DNA of 64,000 nt from Octopus bimaculoides (Eukaryota): assembly GCF_001194135.2 (NCBI RefSeq), contig NC_069005.1, positions 9,232,052 through 9,296,051 of the forward strand. The letters are read 5' to 3'. The notes beneath the pieces are model-generated. The model was not told the DNA's origin and did no database searches. It saw only the letters and a program-made list of their open reading frames with translations. Shown here piece after piece: positions 14,247 to 25,460 of this stretch. Position 1 is the stretch's first letter, and every line of letters begins with the position of its first letter. The position numbers and the translations under genes are program-made.

Positions 14247-14430
14247 TTTGTGCCTGTTTGTTGCCCCCACCATCGCTTGACAACCGATGGTGGTGTGTTT
14301 ATGTCCCTGTAACTTGGTGGTTCAACAGACTAACAAAGAATAACTCCTGCAGTTGACTAAAAACCCTTTAAGCTGGTGCTCCAGCATGGCCGCAGTCAAA
14401 TGACTGAAACGCGTAAAAGAGTGAAAGAAT
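14004..14430 (+). mobile_element. Family A SINE, full length
   Basis: Alignment to other copies. Confidence 0.85.
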
Positions 14431-15900
14431 GTGTGTGTGCGTGTTTGTGTTGACCCACTCCCATTACATGACAGATGGTGATGGTTTGTTTACGCCCCTG
14501 TAATTTTGTGGTTTTGGCAAAACTGACCAATGGAATAAAGTACCAGATTTGCACAAATAGAAAAAAAACTGTTCTGAAATCAGTTTGCTTGACTAATACC
14601 TGCTTCGAGGTGTTGCTGCAGTATGGCCACAGTCCAATGCCTGAAACAAGTCAAAGATAAACGCTATACAGGAAGGCCATGGCTAGAAGTCCCGCTATAA
14701 TCATACATCTGTTTAATCAAGCTTGACTTGGGACCACCAAACAACAACAACTACAACAGCTAAAACTGCAGTCTTTGTTACTCCAGACGTCTTTGTTTTT
14801 CTGTGTTATGGGAAAAAGATGTTGTCTGATAAAAGACTTAACACATGTTGGTCGTTATTTTGACAACATCGAGTGTTTGAATTTAAATGTCTACATGGCT
14901 ACAATGAGTCTGAGACGAGTTTTATAACTTCCTCACACTCTTAACTTGTTCTCTCTTCACCTTCCATCCCAGCCCCGCACTTTTAGCGTCATCATTGTCG
15001 TTGTCATCATCATCATCCTCAACATCGTCATTTTAACGGCCACTTTTCGATGCTTGCGTTCGTTGGACGGAAATTGTTCAAGCAAATTTTTTTTTTTTGG
15101 GGGGGGGAGGCTATGGCCAGATGGCCCTCTCCCATCACCCAATCCTCATCCGTTTCCTAGCAAGGTTAATATCTTTACCCCGTAGCTAAATGCATTTTTG
15201 AAGTAATACTGAAAGAAAATAGGCTCGAATGACAAGGTTCATACACACACACACACGTTATCATTACTCAATGCCCCTCTTTTCTTTGTTTGCATGGGTC
15301 AGACAAAATTTGTTGGGGCAGATTTTTTCTATAGCTAGATGCTGTCATGCCAGAACACTGCTTTCATGACCGTGACAGTCGTTTACAATTAACACATGAT
15401 GTCAAGGCAAGGAGATGGTAACACACACACACACACATATACACACATATACATATATGATAGGCTTCTTTAAGTTTCCATCTACGAACTCCACTCACAA
15501 GGCTTTCGCTAGCCTGTAACAATAGTATGAAAATACTTGTCCAAAGTGCAACACAGTGGAGTTGAACCTGAAGCCATGTGTTTGGGGAGCAAACTTTTTG
15601 CCTTATGGTCACGCCTGAACTTGTGAATTTCATGTAACGACCGTGTATGTCTAATTGTGTGTGTGTGTTTGTGTATGTTTCTGTGTGTGCGTGTGTTTGT
15701 GTGTATAAATATATATTTGAATAATGAGAACCAAAAGATGGAAAATGCGAGAATGTTTGTTAGTCACTATTACTGACTCCTCAATAATCGATCCCTCACG
15801 GGTGGAATAATTAAGAACTCGTTTGGCAGTATCCATTGGTGTAGATGTGTCTCTTCAGGTTACAACTAGATGTATCTCGTTTAAGTAAGGGGCTAAACAT

Positions 15901-16101
15901 AGAGGGAACAAACAAGGACAGACAAAGGTATTAAGTCGATTACATCGACCCCAGTGCGTAACTGGTACTTAATTTATCGACCCCCGAAAGGATGAAAGGC
16001 AAAGTCAACCTCGGCGGAATTTGAACTCAGAACGTAACAGCAGACGAAATACCGCTAAGCATTTCGCCCGGCGTGCTAACGTTTCTGCCAGCTCACCGCC
16101 T
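15901..16101 (-). mobile_element. Family B SINE, young copy with an alternative 3' tail
   Basis: Core near-identical to 58875-59093 and CpGs retained; 3' end differs (..tttgtctgtccttgtttgttccctct). Confidence 0.85.
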
Positions 16102-16609
16102 TATTAAGTAAGGACTATTCTGCAAGATATTTTCTCAGTTTGTGTATAGAAATGCAGCAAATTAAAGAATACAACTTCATTTTTATATGAGATCAATAAA
16201 TAGCAGATGCAAGAAGTAACGCATACACAATCCAGCGAAAAGAGTATTAAATATAACCGTTAACAGACATGGATGTATAAGCATCCTCAGTTAGGTTGTA
16301 TAGTGCATGTACACTCACTCGTACACACATCCACGAAGATATAAGCATACACACATGCATGGTTTGGCGCACATATACTCACACAGCGAATTAAATAGCT
16401 ACTTAAGTGTTTATAAGAACGGGGAGGCCAGAGTTAAATTTAATTTATGCATACCTTAAGGTAAATTATGATTATTAATTTGGTTAACGGTTAGTCAAAT
16501 TTATTCCCACTGCATTGCGTGAAAGTGCATTTATAAGCATGTAAACATCTTTCAGAAATTCTGTTAATGATCTCCTCATTAGACAGGCATTCCTTGGAGC
16601 AGAGTCTTC

Positions 16610-16972
16610 GTGGAAAGGATATTATATGGTAGCAATAATAGTGATGTAGCCAACATGGTAACAGCGTCGGAAAATGAAGTCAAAACAGCCATATATACAA
16701 CTAAATCTAATAAATGCGCATACAGCAAAAAATCAAAATGCCCATTGATGGACCTCTGTATGAGTATAAATCTTGTATATAGATGTACTATACACACAAG
16801 GGGAGGACTGTACATTTACATTGAGGTAACAGATGATTCATTCAAGAATCGTTATTACAATGATGTCGCCAACTTCAAGAAAATCAACAAGATGCTTTCA
16901 ACATCTTTGGCTGATTTTGTGTGGCGACTTAAGGAAGATAAAATTGAATATGATCTCACTTGGTCCAAATAA
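16610..16972 (+). pseudogene. Penelope-like element GIY-YIG endonuclease fragment
   Basis: KCPLMDLCMSINLVYRCTI..YIYIEVTDDSFKNRYYNDVANFK..STSLADFVWRLKEDKIEYDLTWS fits the PLE endonuclease pattern CPL.G.C....VY.A.V....YIG.T...FK.R...H...F....ST.LS..IW.LK.....W; YIG>YIE and H>D suggest inactivation; no RT seen. Confidence 0.8.
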
Positions 16973-16974
16973 GT

Positions 16975-17085
16975 CACGCTCTTGGTGATAGGAAGGGCGT
17001 CCAGCTGCATAAAATCTACCTCAATAAACTTCATCTGATCCATGCAGGCATGGAAGTGTGAACGTTAAAACGATGATGATGATGG
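16975..17085 (+). mobile_element. SINE/LINE 3' tail ending in (GAT)n (RTE-like tail)
   Basis: taggaagggcgtccagc..ccatgcaggcatgg..aacgttaaaacgatgatgatg; relatives at about 20460-20540, 15250-15350 and 56950-57060. Confidence 0.6.
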
Positions 17086-17485
17086 GAAATATATATAGTT
17101 ATTCAAAAAAAAAAAAAAGAAAATAGAAGGAAAAAAAAACAATGCGAGGGCGTGGTACATGCAAAGTATTAAAAGACGTTCAGGGAAGGAAAGAAAGGGT
17201 GTCTTACGTTTCGAGCAAAGCTCTTCTTCAGAAATAGGGGACAGAAAAAAGTCCAAGGGAAAAGGAAGACGGAGGAAGAAAATTGCCAACAATCCCTCTC
17301 CATCTCTCCTCTGTGTATATATACAGAGGAGATATGGGAGAGAGAGAGAGAATCGCGTGTATGCATAGACGTGAATGAAGTGAATTGAAGGCATTCACTT
17401 ATGGCCTTTGTTAAATGATATATTAGACACTTGTTTGTGGAGCAAAAACGATACACTTCTGTTTATTACGACTGCAGACCAAATA

Positions 17486-17538
<53 letters not shown>

Positions 17539-18189
17539 AGCTGTGCTTGTGTTGTTTGAATGTAAGAAAGAAAGCACAGGTGTTTGTAGAGAGGGTGAGA
17601 GAGGGAGAGAAAAAGAAAGAGAGACTAAGAGAGTGAGAAAACAAGTGTATTTGTGTGAGAAGTGAGGGGGGAGAGAGAGATAGTGAGAGCATGAATGTTT
17701 TTATGAGAGGGAGGGAAAGAAAGAAGGAGAGAGAAGCTAGATTGCTTGTATTTGTATGTGTGTGTGTGTGGATGACCAATATGTGTGCGTGCGTGCGTAT
17801 GTGAACTTGACTGCTTATATATCTGTATGTTCGTGGTGCGTGAATGTCACTTTTGTCTTGTGTGTGTGTGTGTGTGTATGTGGGTGGAGCTTCTGTGATA
17901 TGTGTGTGTGTGTTTATTGAATTTGTTTGCTCTGAATCAGCCTTGTCCTCACCCCACGTTCATTTATTTGTGAGGGTGTTTGTGTGTATGTGTGTACATG
18001 CCGTCATGTGTATGTGTGCGTGTGCGTGTGTGTGTGTGTGTGTGTTTCGCGTATTATTTTGATCATATTGTAAACGATGACGCTGATCTTAGTGGATGAC
18101 GTGACGAAAGTATTGCCTAATGTAACACCACCACCATCACCACCACCACCACCACCACCACCATCACCACCGCCACCACCGCCACTAAT

Positions 18190-18400
18190 AATTGGCAGAA
18201 TCGTTAGCACACCGGACGAAATGCTTAGCGATATTTTCATCTATCTTTACGTTCTGAGTTCAAATTCCCCCGAGGTCGGCATTGCCGCTCATCCTTTCGG
18301 AATCGATGCAATAGAGTGTCAATTCAGCAATGGTATCGATATAATCGATTAGCATCCCCCACCGTCCAGAACTTCAGGCCTTGTGTCTATAATAAATTGA
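18190..18400 (+). mobile_element. Family B SINE
   Basis: Alignment to other copies. Confidence 0.8.
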
Positions 18401-18544
18401 CAAAAAATAGAAAAAAACATTATGACTACTACTACTACGACAGTCATGTCAGCGATCCCGATAACAAGAACATCAACAACATTCATTCCGTTCATTATTT
18501 AGATTTGATGGATATTTGTCCTTGTCCTCCTCATCTTGTTTTTT

Positions 18545-18590
18545 AACACAACGTTTCGGCTGATATACCGTCCAGCCTTCTTCAGGTGTC
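18545..18590 (-). ncRNA. Minimal type I hammerhead ribozyme motif
   Basis: acac-CTGAAGA-a-GGCTG(gacggtatat)CAGCC-GAAAC-GTT-gtgt: complete core, 5-bp stem II, 4-bp stem I, palindromic AACGTT stem III. Confidence 0.7.
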
Positions 18591-18637
18591 TTGGGGAAAC
18601 ATCGAACCTGGGAGTTCATTCCTAAGGTGTTTTTCGA

Positions 18638-18682
<45 letters not shown>

Positions 18683-18870
18683 CTTAATTATTATTATTAT
18701 TCAGGTCACTGCTTGGAATCTGGCATGTGGCGGAGTGGTTAAGAGCGCGGGCTACTAACTCCAAGATTCTGAATTCGATTCCAAGCAGTAACCTGAATAA
18801 TCATAATAATAATAACAACAACATCGAAAAATACCTTAGGAATGAGAACCCAGATTCGAAATTTCCCCAA

Positions 18871-18916
18871 GACACCTGATGAAGGCTGGAGGGTATATCA
18901 GTTGAAACGTTGTGTT
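18871..18916 (+). ncRNA. Minimal type I hammerhead ribozyme motif
   Basis: acac-CTGATGA-a-GGCTG(gagggtatat)CAGTT-GAAAC-GTT-gtgt; stem II kept through two G-U pairs. Confidence 0.6.
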
Positions 18917-19084
18917 AGCAACAAACAAGATGAGGACAAATATCCATCAAATGTAAATAATGTACATAGTTCCTCATCTCTTAAATATAGACCTGTATTC
19001 ATTCTGTTGTTTAGGACAGGTGTCAACTCAGAGTGAGCAGATCTGTAACCAACCAGAAAGGTAATGAAACCGTAACCTCCCATT

Positions 19085-19498
19085 TTTGTTCACGGATATC
19101 TATATCTATATATATAAACAAATAGTCAATGAGTATATGCATATATACGTACAGGTATGTGCATACCGACATACACCTGTATGTATAGGTGCATATCTGG
19201 GTACAGGACATTGCAAACAAAACGTAGACAAGAAAACACACAAGCCACATAGAGAACATTTTCCTTCATCAGCTACCCCCGTTTTAACACCGGCGTTTCG
19301 AAGAGCTGGGTAGGACGCATCGTTAAAACGGCTCTTCCCATGGACCGCAAATTAAATTTGTATACACAAATTAAACCTGTGCCATGGAGGAATGTAGTGG
19401 CGGACAAAAAAACAAGACAGAAAAACAAACGGAAAAGGCTCTGCGGCCAGACTAGGCTACTCGTGACCCGTTGGGTCACCGGGAAAGTCTGAGTTTCC
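19085..19498 (-). mobile_element. Repeat family D (probably Penelope-associated, non-autonomous); longest copy, runs into a gap
   Basis: Shares gYagctgatgaagg..tatgtg..Rtcctgtacccagatatgc with 45775-45990, 53625-53830 and 60410-60600. Confidence 0.7.
19261..19337 (-). ncRNA. Candidate permuted/pseudoknotted hammerhead ribozyme
   Basis: GCGT-C-CTACCC .. TTC-GAAA-CGC .. GGGTAG-CTGATGA-AGG with Watson-Crick stem I (6 bp) and stem III (4 bp), in non-canonical strand order; stem II is weak. Confidence 0.5.
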
Positions 19499-20305
19499 NN
19501 NNNNNNNNNNNNNNNNNNNNNNNNNNNNNNNNNNNNNNNNNNNNNNNNNNNNNNNNNNNNNNNNNNNNNNNNNNNNNNNNNNNNNNNNNNNNNNNNNNNN
19601 NNNNNNNNNNNNNNNNNNNNNNNNNNNNNNNNNNNNNNNNNNNNNNNNNNNNNNNNNNNNNNNNNNNNNNNNNNNNNNNNNNNNNNNNNNNNNNNNNNNN
19701 NNNNNNNNNNNNNNNNNNNNNNNNNNNNNNNNNNNNNNNNNNNNNNNNNNNNNNNNNNNNNNNNNNNNNNNNNNNNNNNNNNNNNNNNNNNNNNNNNNNN
19801 NNNNNNNNNNNNNNNNNNNNNNNNNNNNNNNNNNNNNNNNNNNNNNNNNNNNNNNNNNNNNNNNNNNNNNNNNNNNNNNNNNNNNNNNNNNNNNNNNNNN
19901 NNNNNNNNNNNNNNNNNNNNNNNNNNNNNNNNNNNNNNNNNNNNNNNNNNNNNNNNNNNNNNNNNNNNNNNNNNNNNNNNNNNNNNNNNNNNNNNNNNNN
20001 NNNNNNNNNNNNNNNNNNNNNNNNNNNNNNNNNNNNNNNNNNNNNNNNNNNNNNNNNNNNNNNNNNNNNNNNNNNNNNNNNNNNNNNNNNNNNNNNNNNN
20101 NNNNNNNNNNNNNNNNNNNNNNNNNNNNNNNNNNNNNNNNNNNNNNNNNNNNNNNNNNNNNNNNNNNNNNNNNNNNNNNNNNNNNNNNNNNNNNNNNNNN
20201 NNNNNNNNNNNNNNNNNNNNNNNNNNNNNNNNNNNNNNNNNNNNNNNNNNNNNNNNNNNNNNNNNNNNNNNNNNNNNNNNNNNNNNNNNNNNNNNNNNNN
20301 NNNNN

Positions 20306-20358
<53 letters not shown>

Positions 20359-20369
20359 GTGTGTGTGTG

Positions 20370-20400
<31 letters not shown>

Positions 20401-21324
20401 ATATATATGTATATATACATATGTATATATAATATATATACATACATACATACATAATTGGCTTTGCCAGTTCCTGTCAAGTCGTCCAACCCATACCAGC
20501 ATTGAAAACGGACGTTAAATGATGATGATTATGATAATGATATATATATATATTGCTTCAGTCAACCCCTATTTTGTTTTTTCCACATTAAACTGTGTAG
20601 GTTGAACTACAGAAAATGTTGGAGAAAGAAACCCAACCGTTTTTTGCAATACGTATATCTAAAACAAATTTTTGTTAGGGGTCCTTAAAATACCATTGTG
20701 GATTCCCAATTATTTTGTTGAGTGGACCCCCCAACAATTTTATATTACACCTGAGGGGTCATATAGACTCCAACTAAGAACCCCTGTTGTAAACGATAAA
20801 AGATAACGAAGTCAAGATATGAGAAATATCTTCCTCATCGAGAGCTGCTTTAGTGGTATTTAAAGGCCCCCGGGTTAATCAATGCACTGGGCCCTATAGT
20901 CGACAGGAAGTAACAGCATACACAGATGAGAATTGAGCACCTGTATCTATGGGGGACCCTGGACAATTGCTCTTGGTGCCCATCCCACATTTTGTTTCTC
21001 TCCCTTAAATTCTGATACACAATCTACACGAACTGAAAAGGTATTTGTAGAAGTACCCACCACAGAGGAGAACCAGCACAAACCGAAACCTCGTGGTCTG
21101 ATGATCTTGAAGCCAGGGTGGCAGGAGCTATCTCCCACTTGCAATAACTATCGGGTGCAAGAAGCGCATTGAATAAACCAGCTGGCGGAGATGTCTTCCT
21201 GGGGTTAAATGGCAGTATGTTCGTCTCTTAGAGGACAACCACATTTTAAAGTGGCAGTGAACAATAATTTTTGGTTCGAATACTGCTTCTGTCTCGAACA
21301 GAGATTTTCTAACGGACTAGTTTC

Positions 21325-21487
21325 TTATTTACTCTTTTACTTGTTTCAGTCATTTGACTGCGGCCATGCTGGAGCACCGCCTTTAGTCGAATCGAATCGA
21401 CCCCAGGACTTATTCTTTGTAAGCCTAGTACTTATTCTATCGGTATCTTTTTGCCAAACCGCTAAGTTACGGGGACGTAAACACACC
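21325..21487 (-). mobile_element. Family A SINE 3' module, young, truncated by a gap
   Basis: Near-identical to 32811-32960. Confidence 0.85.
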
Positions 21488-22223
21488 NNNNNNNNNNNNN
21501 NNNNNNNNNNNNNNNNNNNNNNNNNNNNNNNNNNNNNNNNNNNNNNNNNNNNNNNNNNNNNNNNNNNNNNNNNNNNNNNNNNNNNNNNNNNNNNNNNNNN
21601 NNNNNNNNNNNNNNNNNNNNNNNNNNNNNNNNNNNNNNNNNNNNNNNNNNNNNNNNNNNNNNNNNNNNNNNNNNNNNNNNNNNNNNNNNNNNNNNNNNNN
21701 NNNNNNNNNNNNNNNNNNNNNNNNNNNNNNNNNNNNNNNNNNNNNNNNNNNNNNNNNNNNNNNNNNNNNNNNNNNNNNNNNNNNNNNNNNNNNNNNNNNN
21801 NNNNNNNNNNNNNNNNNNNNNNNNNNNNNNNNNNNNNNNNNNNNNNNNNNNNNNNNNNNNNNNNNNNNNNNNNNNNNNNNNNNNNNNNNNNNNNNNNNNN
21901 NNNNNNNNNNNNNNNNNNNNNNNNNNNNNNNNNNNNNNNNNNNNNNNNNNNNNNNNNNNNNNNNNNNNNNNNNNNNNNNNNNNNNNNNNNNNNNNNNNNN
22001 NNNNNNNNNNNNNNNNNNNNNNNNNNNNNNNNNNNNNNNNNNNNNNNNNNNNNNNNNNNNNNNNNNNNNNNNNNNNNNNNNNNNNNNNNNNNNNNNNNNN
22101 NNNNNNNNNNNNNNNNNNNNNNNNNNNNNNNNNNNNNNNNNNNNNNNNNNNNNNNNNNNNNNNNNNNNNNNNNNNNNNNNNNNNNNNNNNNNNNNNNNNN
22201 NNNNNNNNNNNNNNNNNNNNNNA

Positions 22224-22462
22224 CCCTGCTGTACTCTTTCACCACAACTTTCTCTCACTCTTTCTACCTGTTTCTGTTGTGCCTGTAATTCAAAGGGTCA
22301 GCCTTGTCACGCTGTGTCACGCTGAATATCCCCGAGAACTACGTTAAGGGTACACGTGTCTGTGGAGTGCTCAGCCACTTGCACGTTAATTTCACGAGCA
22401 GGCTGTTCGGTTGATCGGATCAACTGGAACCCTCGACATCGTAAGCGACGGAGTGCCAACAA
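22224..22462 (+). mobile_element. tRNA SINE, head-2 region plus body-2 (gtaattcaaaggg..gagaactacgttaagggtacac)
   Basis: Same as 57078-57322 reversed; body shared with 63250-63567. Confidence 0.75.
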
Positions 22463-22954
22463 CGCTAACACACACACACAGATATACATAACGATAGGCT
22501 TCTTTTAGTTTCCGATCTACGAAATCCCCTCACAAGGCTTTGGTCTGGTGAGGGCTATCGTAGAAGACGCTGGCCCGAGATGTCATGCAGTGGGATTGAA
22601 CGTGAAACCGAGTGGTTGGGAGGCAAGTTTCGTAACTACATCGCTACACTTAATTATAAGCGTCTCTCTGTGTGCACTTTTTGCGTTTCTATATATGCGT
22701 ATATGTGGTTGTGTGTGTGTGTGTGTGTGTGTGGCTTATGTAAGTTTGTGTGTTTGTCACTTATGTAAATGTGTGTGTGTGTTTGTGTGTCTTAATGTGC
22801 TTGTGTGGCTCTGTATACGTTCGGATATACATGTGTAGAAACGTTTGTGTGTGTATATTTGACAATCTGTATGTGATAATGAAACAATCTATTTCTCCAT
22901 GCGTGCCTACTAAGTATGTGTATACGTATGTATGTACGCACGTATGTATGTATG

Positions 22955-22988
<34 letters not shown>

Positions 22989-23101
22989 TGCTTCACGTGT
23001 GTATGTGCGTGTATCTTAATTGTGTATAAGTCTAAACACCTGTACTTGTGTGTGTGTTCGTGTTTACACCTGTATGTATGTTTCATATATGTGTGTGTGT
23101 A

Positions 23102-23140
<39 letters not shown>

Positions 23141-23464
23141 ATGTATGCCTGCATAGTTCTTTGTTCAGCCCCAGATCGGACTTGATCGAACAAACCTGGC
23201 GCTCTAGCCGTGACCCTCTTTTCCTTCCCTGTGACGTGCAGCGAACCGTACTAACCATCGTGTGGCTCGGGCGGCAAGCTAGAAAGAGCAGCCAAATCTC
23301 CGGCTGAGTATGATTTGAGGCAGATTCCGTTGCTCTTTCTAGCAAGCCGAATAGAGGACCCTCAAGTATGTTTGGGTTCTCGTTCTCCGTATGTTTGTTT
23401 ACATGTGTGTGTGTGGATACTACACACACACACACGCGCATGCGCACACATACGTGCCCATATG

Positions 23465-23951
23465 TGTATCTACGCAACCACCTGGTTTCGGGTTCGGTCC
23501 CACTGTGTGACACTTTGGGCAAAGTATCTTCTACTATAACCTGGGGCCGACCGAAGCCTTATGACTGAATTTGGAAGACGGAAACTGTGTGGAAGTTCAG
23601 CATATTCTTTTACTACGGTCATGCTGGAGCACCACATTTTAGTCGAATTGGATTTATTCTTTGTAAGCCTAGTATTTATTCTATCGGTTCGATTTCCCGA
23701 ACCGCTAAGTTACAAGGACGTAAACACATCAACATCAGTTGTCAAGCGATGGTGGCGAGAAACACTGACACACAAACATATATATATATATACGCCGGGC
23801 TTCTTTCAGTTTCCGTCTACTAAAATCCACTCACAAGGTTTCGGTCGGTCCGAAGCTATTGTGGAAGGCATTCGCCCAAGGTGTCACGCAGTGGGACTGA
23901 ACCCGGAATCATGTGGTTTGGAAGCAAGCTTACCACACATCCACTCATGCG

Positions 23952-24042
<91 letters not shown>

Positions 24043-24265
24043 ATGTATGTATGTATGTGTGTGTGTGTGTTTGTCCCCCATAGTCGCTGTACAATCGGTA
24101 TTGGTTTGTTTATATCTATGATGTAGCGGTTCGAGAAAAGAACTGACAGAACAAGCACCAGACTTAAAAAAAGGAAAATAACTGGAATCGATTTGTTCGG
24201 GCAAAACCCTTGAGGGCAAAGCTCCATGCTCCAGCATGGCCGCAGTCCAGTGAGCGAAACGATTG
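23465..24265. mobile_element. Cluster of family A SINE pieces in alternating orientation
   Basis: Plus about 23465-23600, minus about 23600-23950, plus about 24060-24265. Confidence 0.75.
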
Positions 24266-24400
24266 AAAGCTTGCGTGTTCGTTTGTAGCTGTCAGTCGTG
24301 TGTGTGTGTGCGTGCGAATCTTTGTTGTTGTTGTTTAACCCCAGGTCAGCCCTGGTCGAAGCAGTTTAACGATCAAAGGCTTTCAAGCCGTGACCAACAT

Positions 24401-24765
24401 ACTCTTTACTCTTTTACTTGTTTCAGTCATTTGACTGCGGCCATGCTGGAGCACCGCCTTTCGTCGAGCAAATCGACTCCAGGACTTATTCTTTGGAAGC
24501 CTAGTACTTATTCTATCGGTCTGTTTTGCCGAACTGCTAAGTTACGGGGACGTAAACACACCACCATTGGTTGTCAAGCGATGTTGGGAGGACAAACACA
24601 AACATATACACACACATACATATATATACATATATACGACGGGCTTCTTTCAGTTTCCGTCTACCAAATCCACTCACAAGGCTTTGGTCGGCCCGAGGCT
24701 ATAGTAGAAGACACTTACCCCAGATGCCACGCAGTGGGACTGAGCCCGGAACCGTGTGGTTGGTA
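24401..24765 (-). mobile_element. Family A SINE, near full length
   Basis: Alignment to other copies. Confidence 0.85.
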
Positions 24766-25169
24766 TGTTTTTTTTTTATATACGTAACGTATCGAAGATT
24801 ATATTATCCAACATTATTTATGACATTAACTTGTGATTTGAGGGTGATTGACTGCTATTTCTTGAAATTCTATCGATCAAGCAGAGGTCGCAATTCTTCA
24901 GTCGCGGATTGTGCGCGCGCGTGCGTGTGTCTGCATTTGTACGTTGTGTCTGTGTGTTTGCGTTTGTACGTTGTGTCTGTGTGTTTGCGTTATTTGGTTG
25001 TGATACTGTTTGCGTGTGTGCAGGAATCTATTATGTTCAATGTGTGTTCGTAGATTTGTGATGTGCGCGCGCATGTATGTGTCTATCTATCTATTTATCT
25101 AGCTATTTATCTGTCTGTCTGTCTGTCTGTCTATCTAGCTATTTATCTGTCTGTCTGTCTGTCTAGCCA

Positions 25170-25460
<291 letters not shown>

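Larger units (their letters stand above)
18485..18990. mobile_element. tRNA(Ser)-like-headed element with a hammerhead motif, present as an inverted duplication (minus copy about 18485-18720, plus copy about 18722-18990)
   Basis: A-box TGGCGGAGTGG and B-box-like AATTCGATTCC in the central head; the two arms are reverse complements over about 200 nt. Confidence 0.8.

Noticed and set aside
18722-18790. tRNA-Ser gene
   Set aside because: No acceptor-stem closure, an altered B-box, and it continues into a repeat body, so it is a SINE head.
19261-19337. HDV-like or ordinary type II hammerhead reading of the family D pseudoknot
   Set aside because: No P3/L3/P1.1 elements for an HDV fold, and no stem I hairpin between GAAAC and CTGATGA for type II.
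20900-21260. Unique-looking region with 65-79 aa ORFs; possible LINE RT remnant
   Set aside because: Stops in all frames on extension and only a faint resemblance (KRIE*TSWRRCLPGVKWQ); no coherent splice signals.
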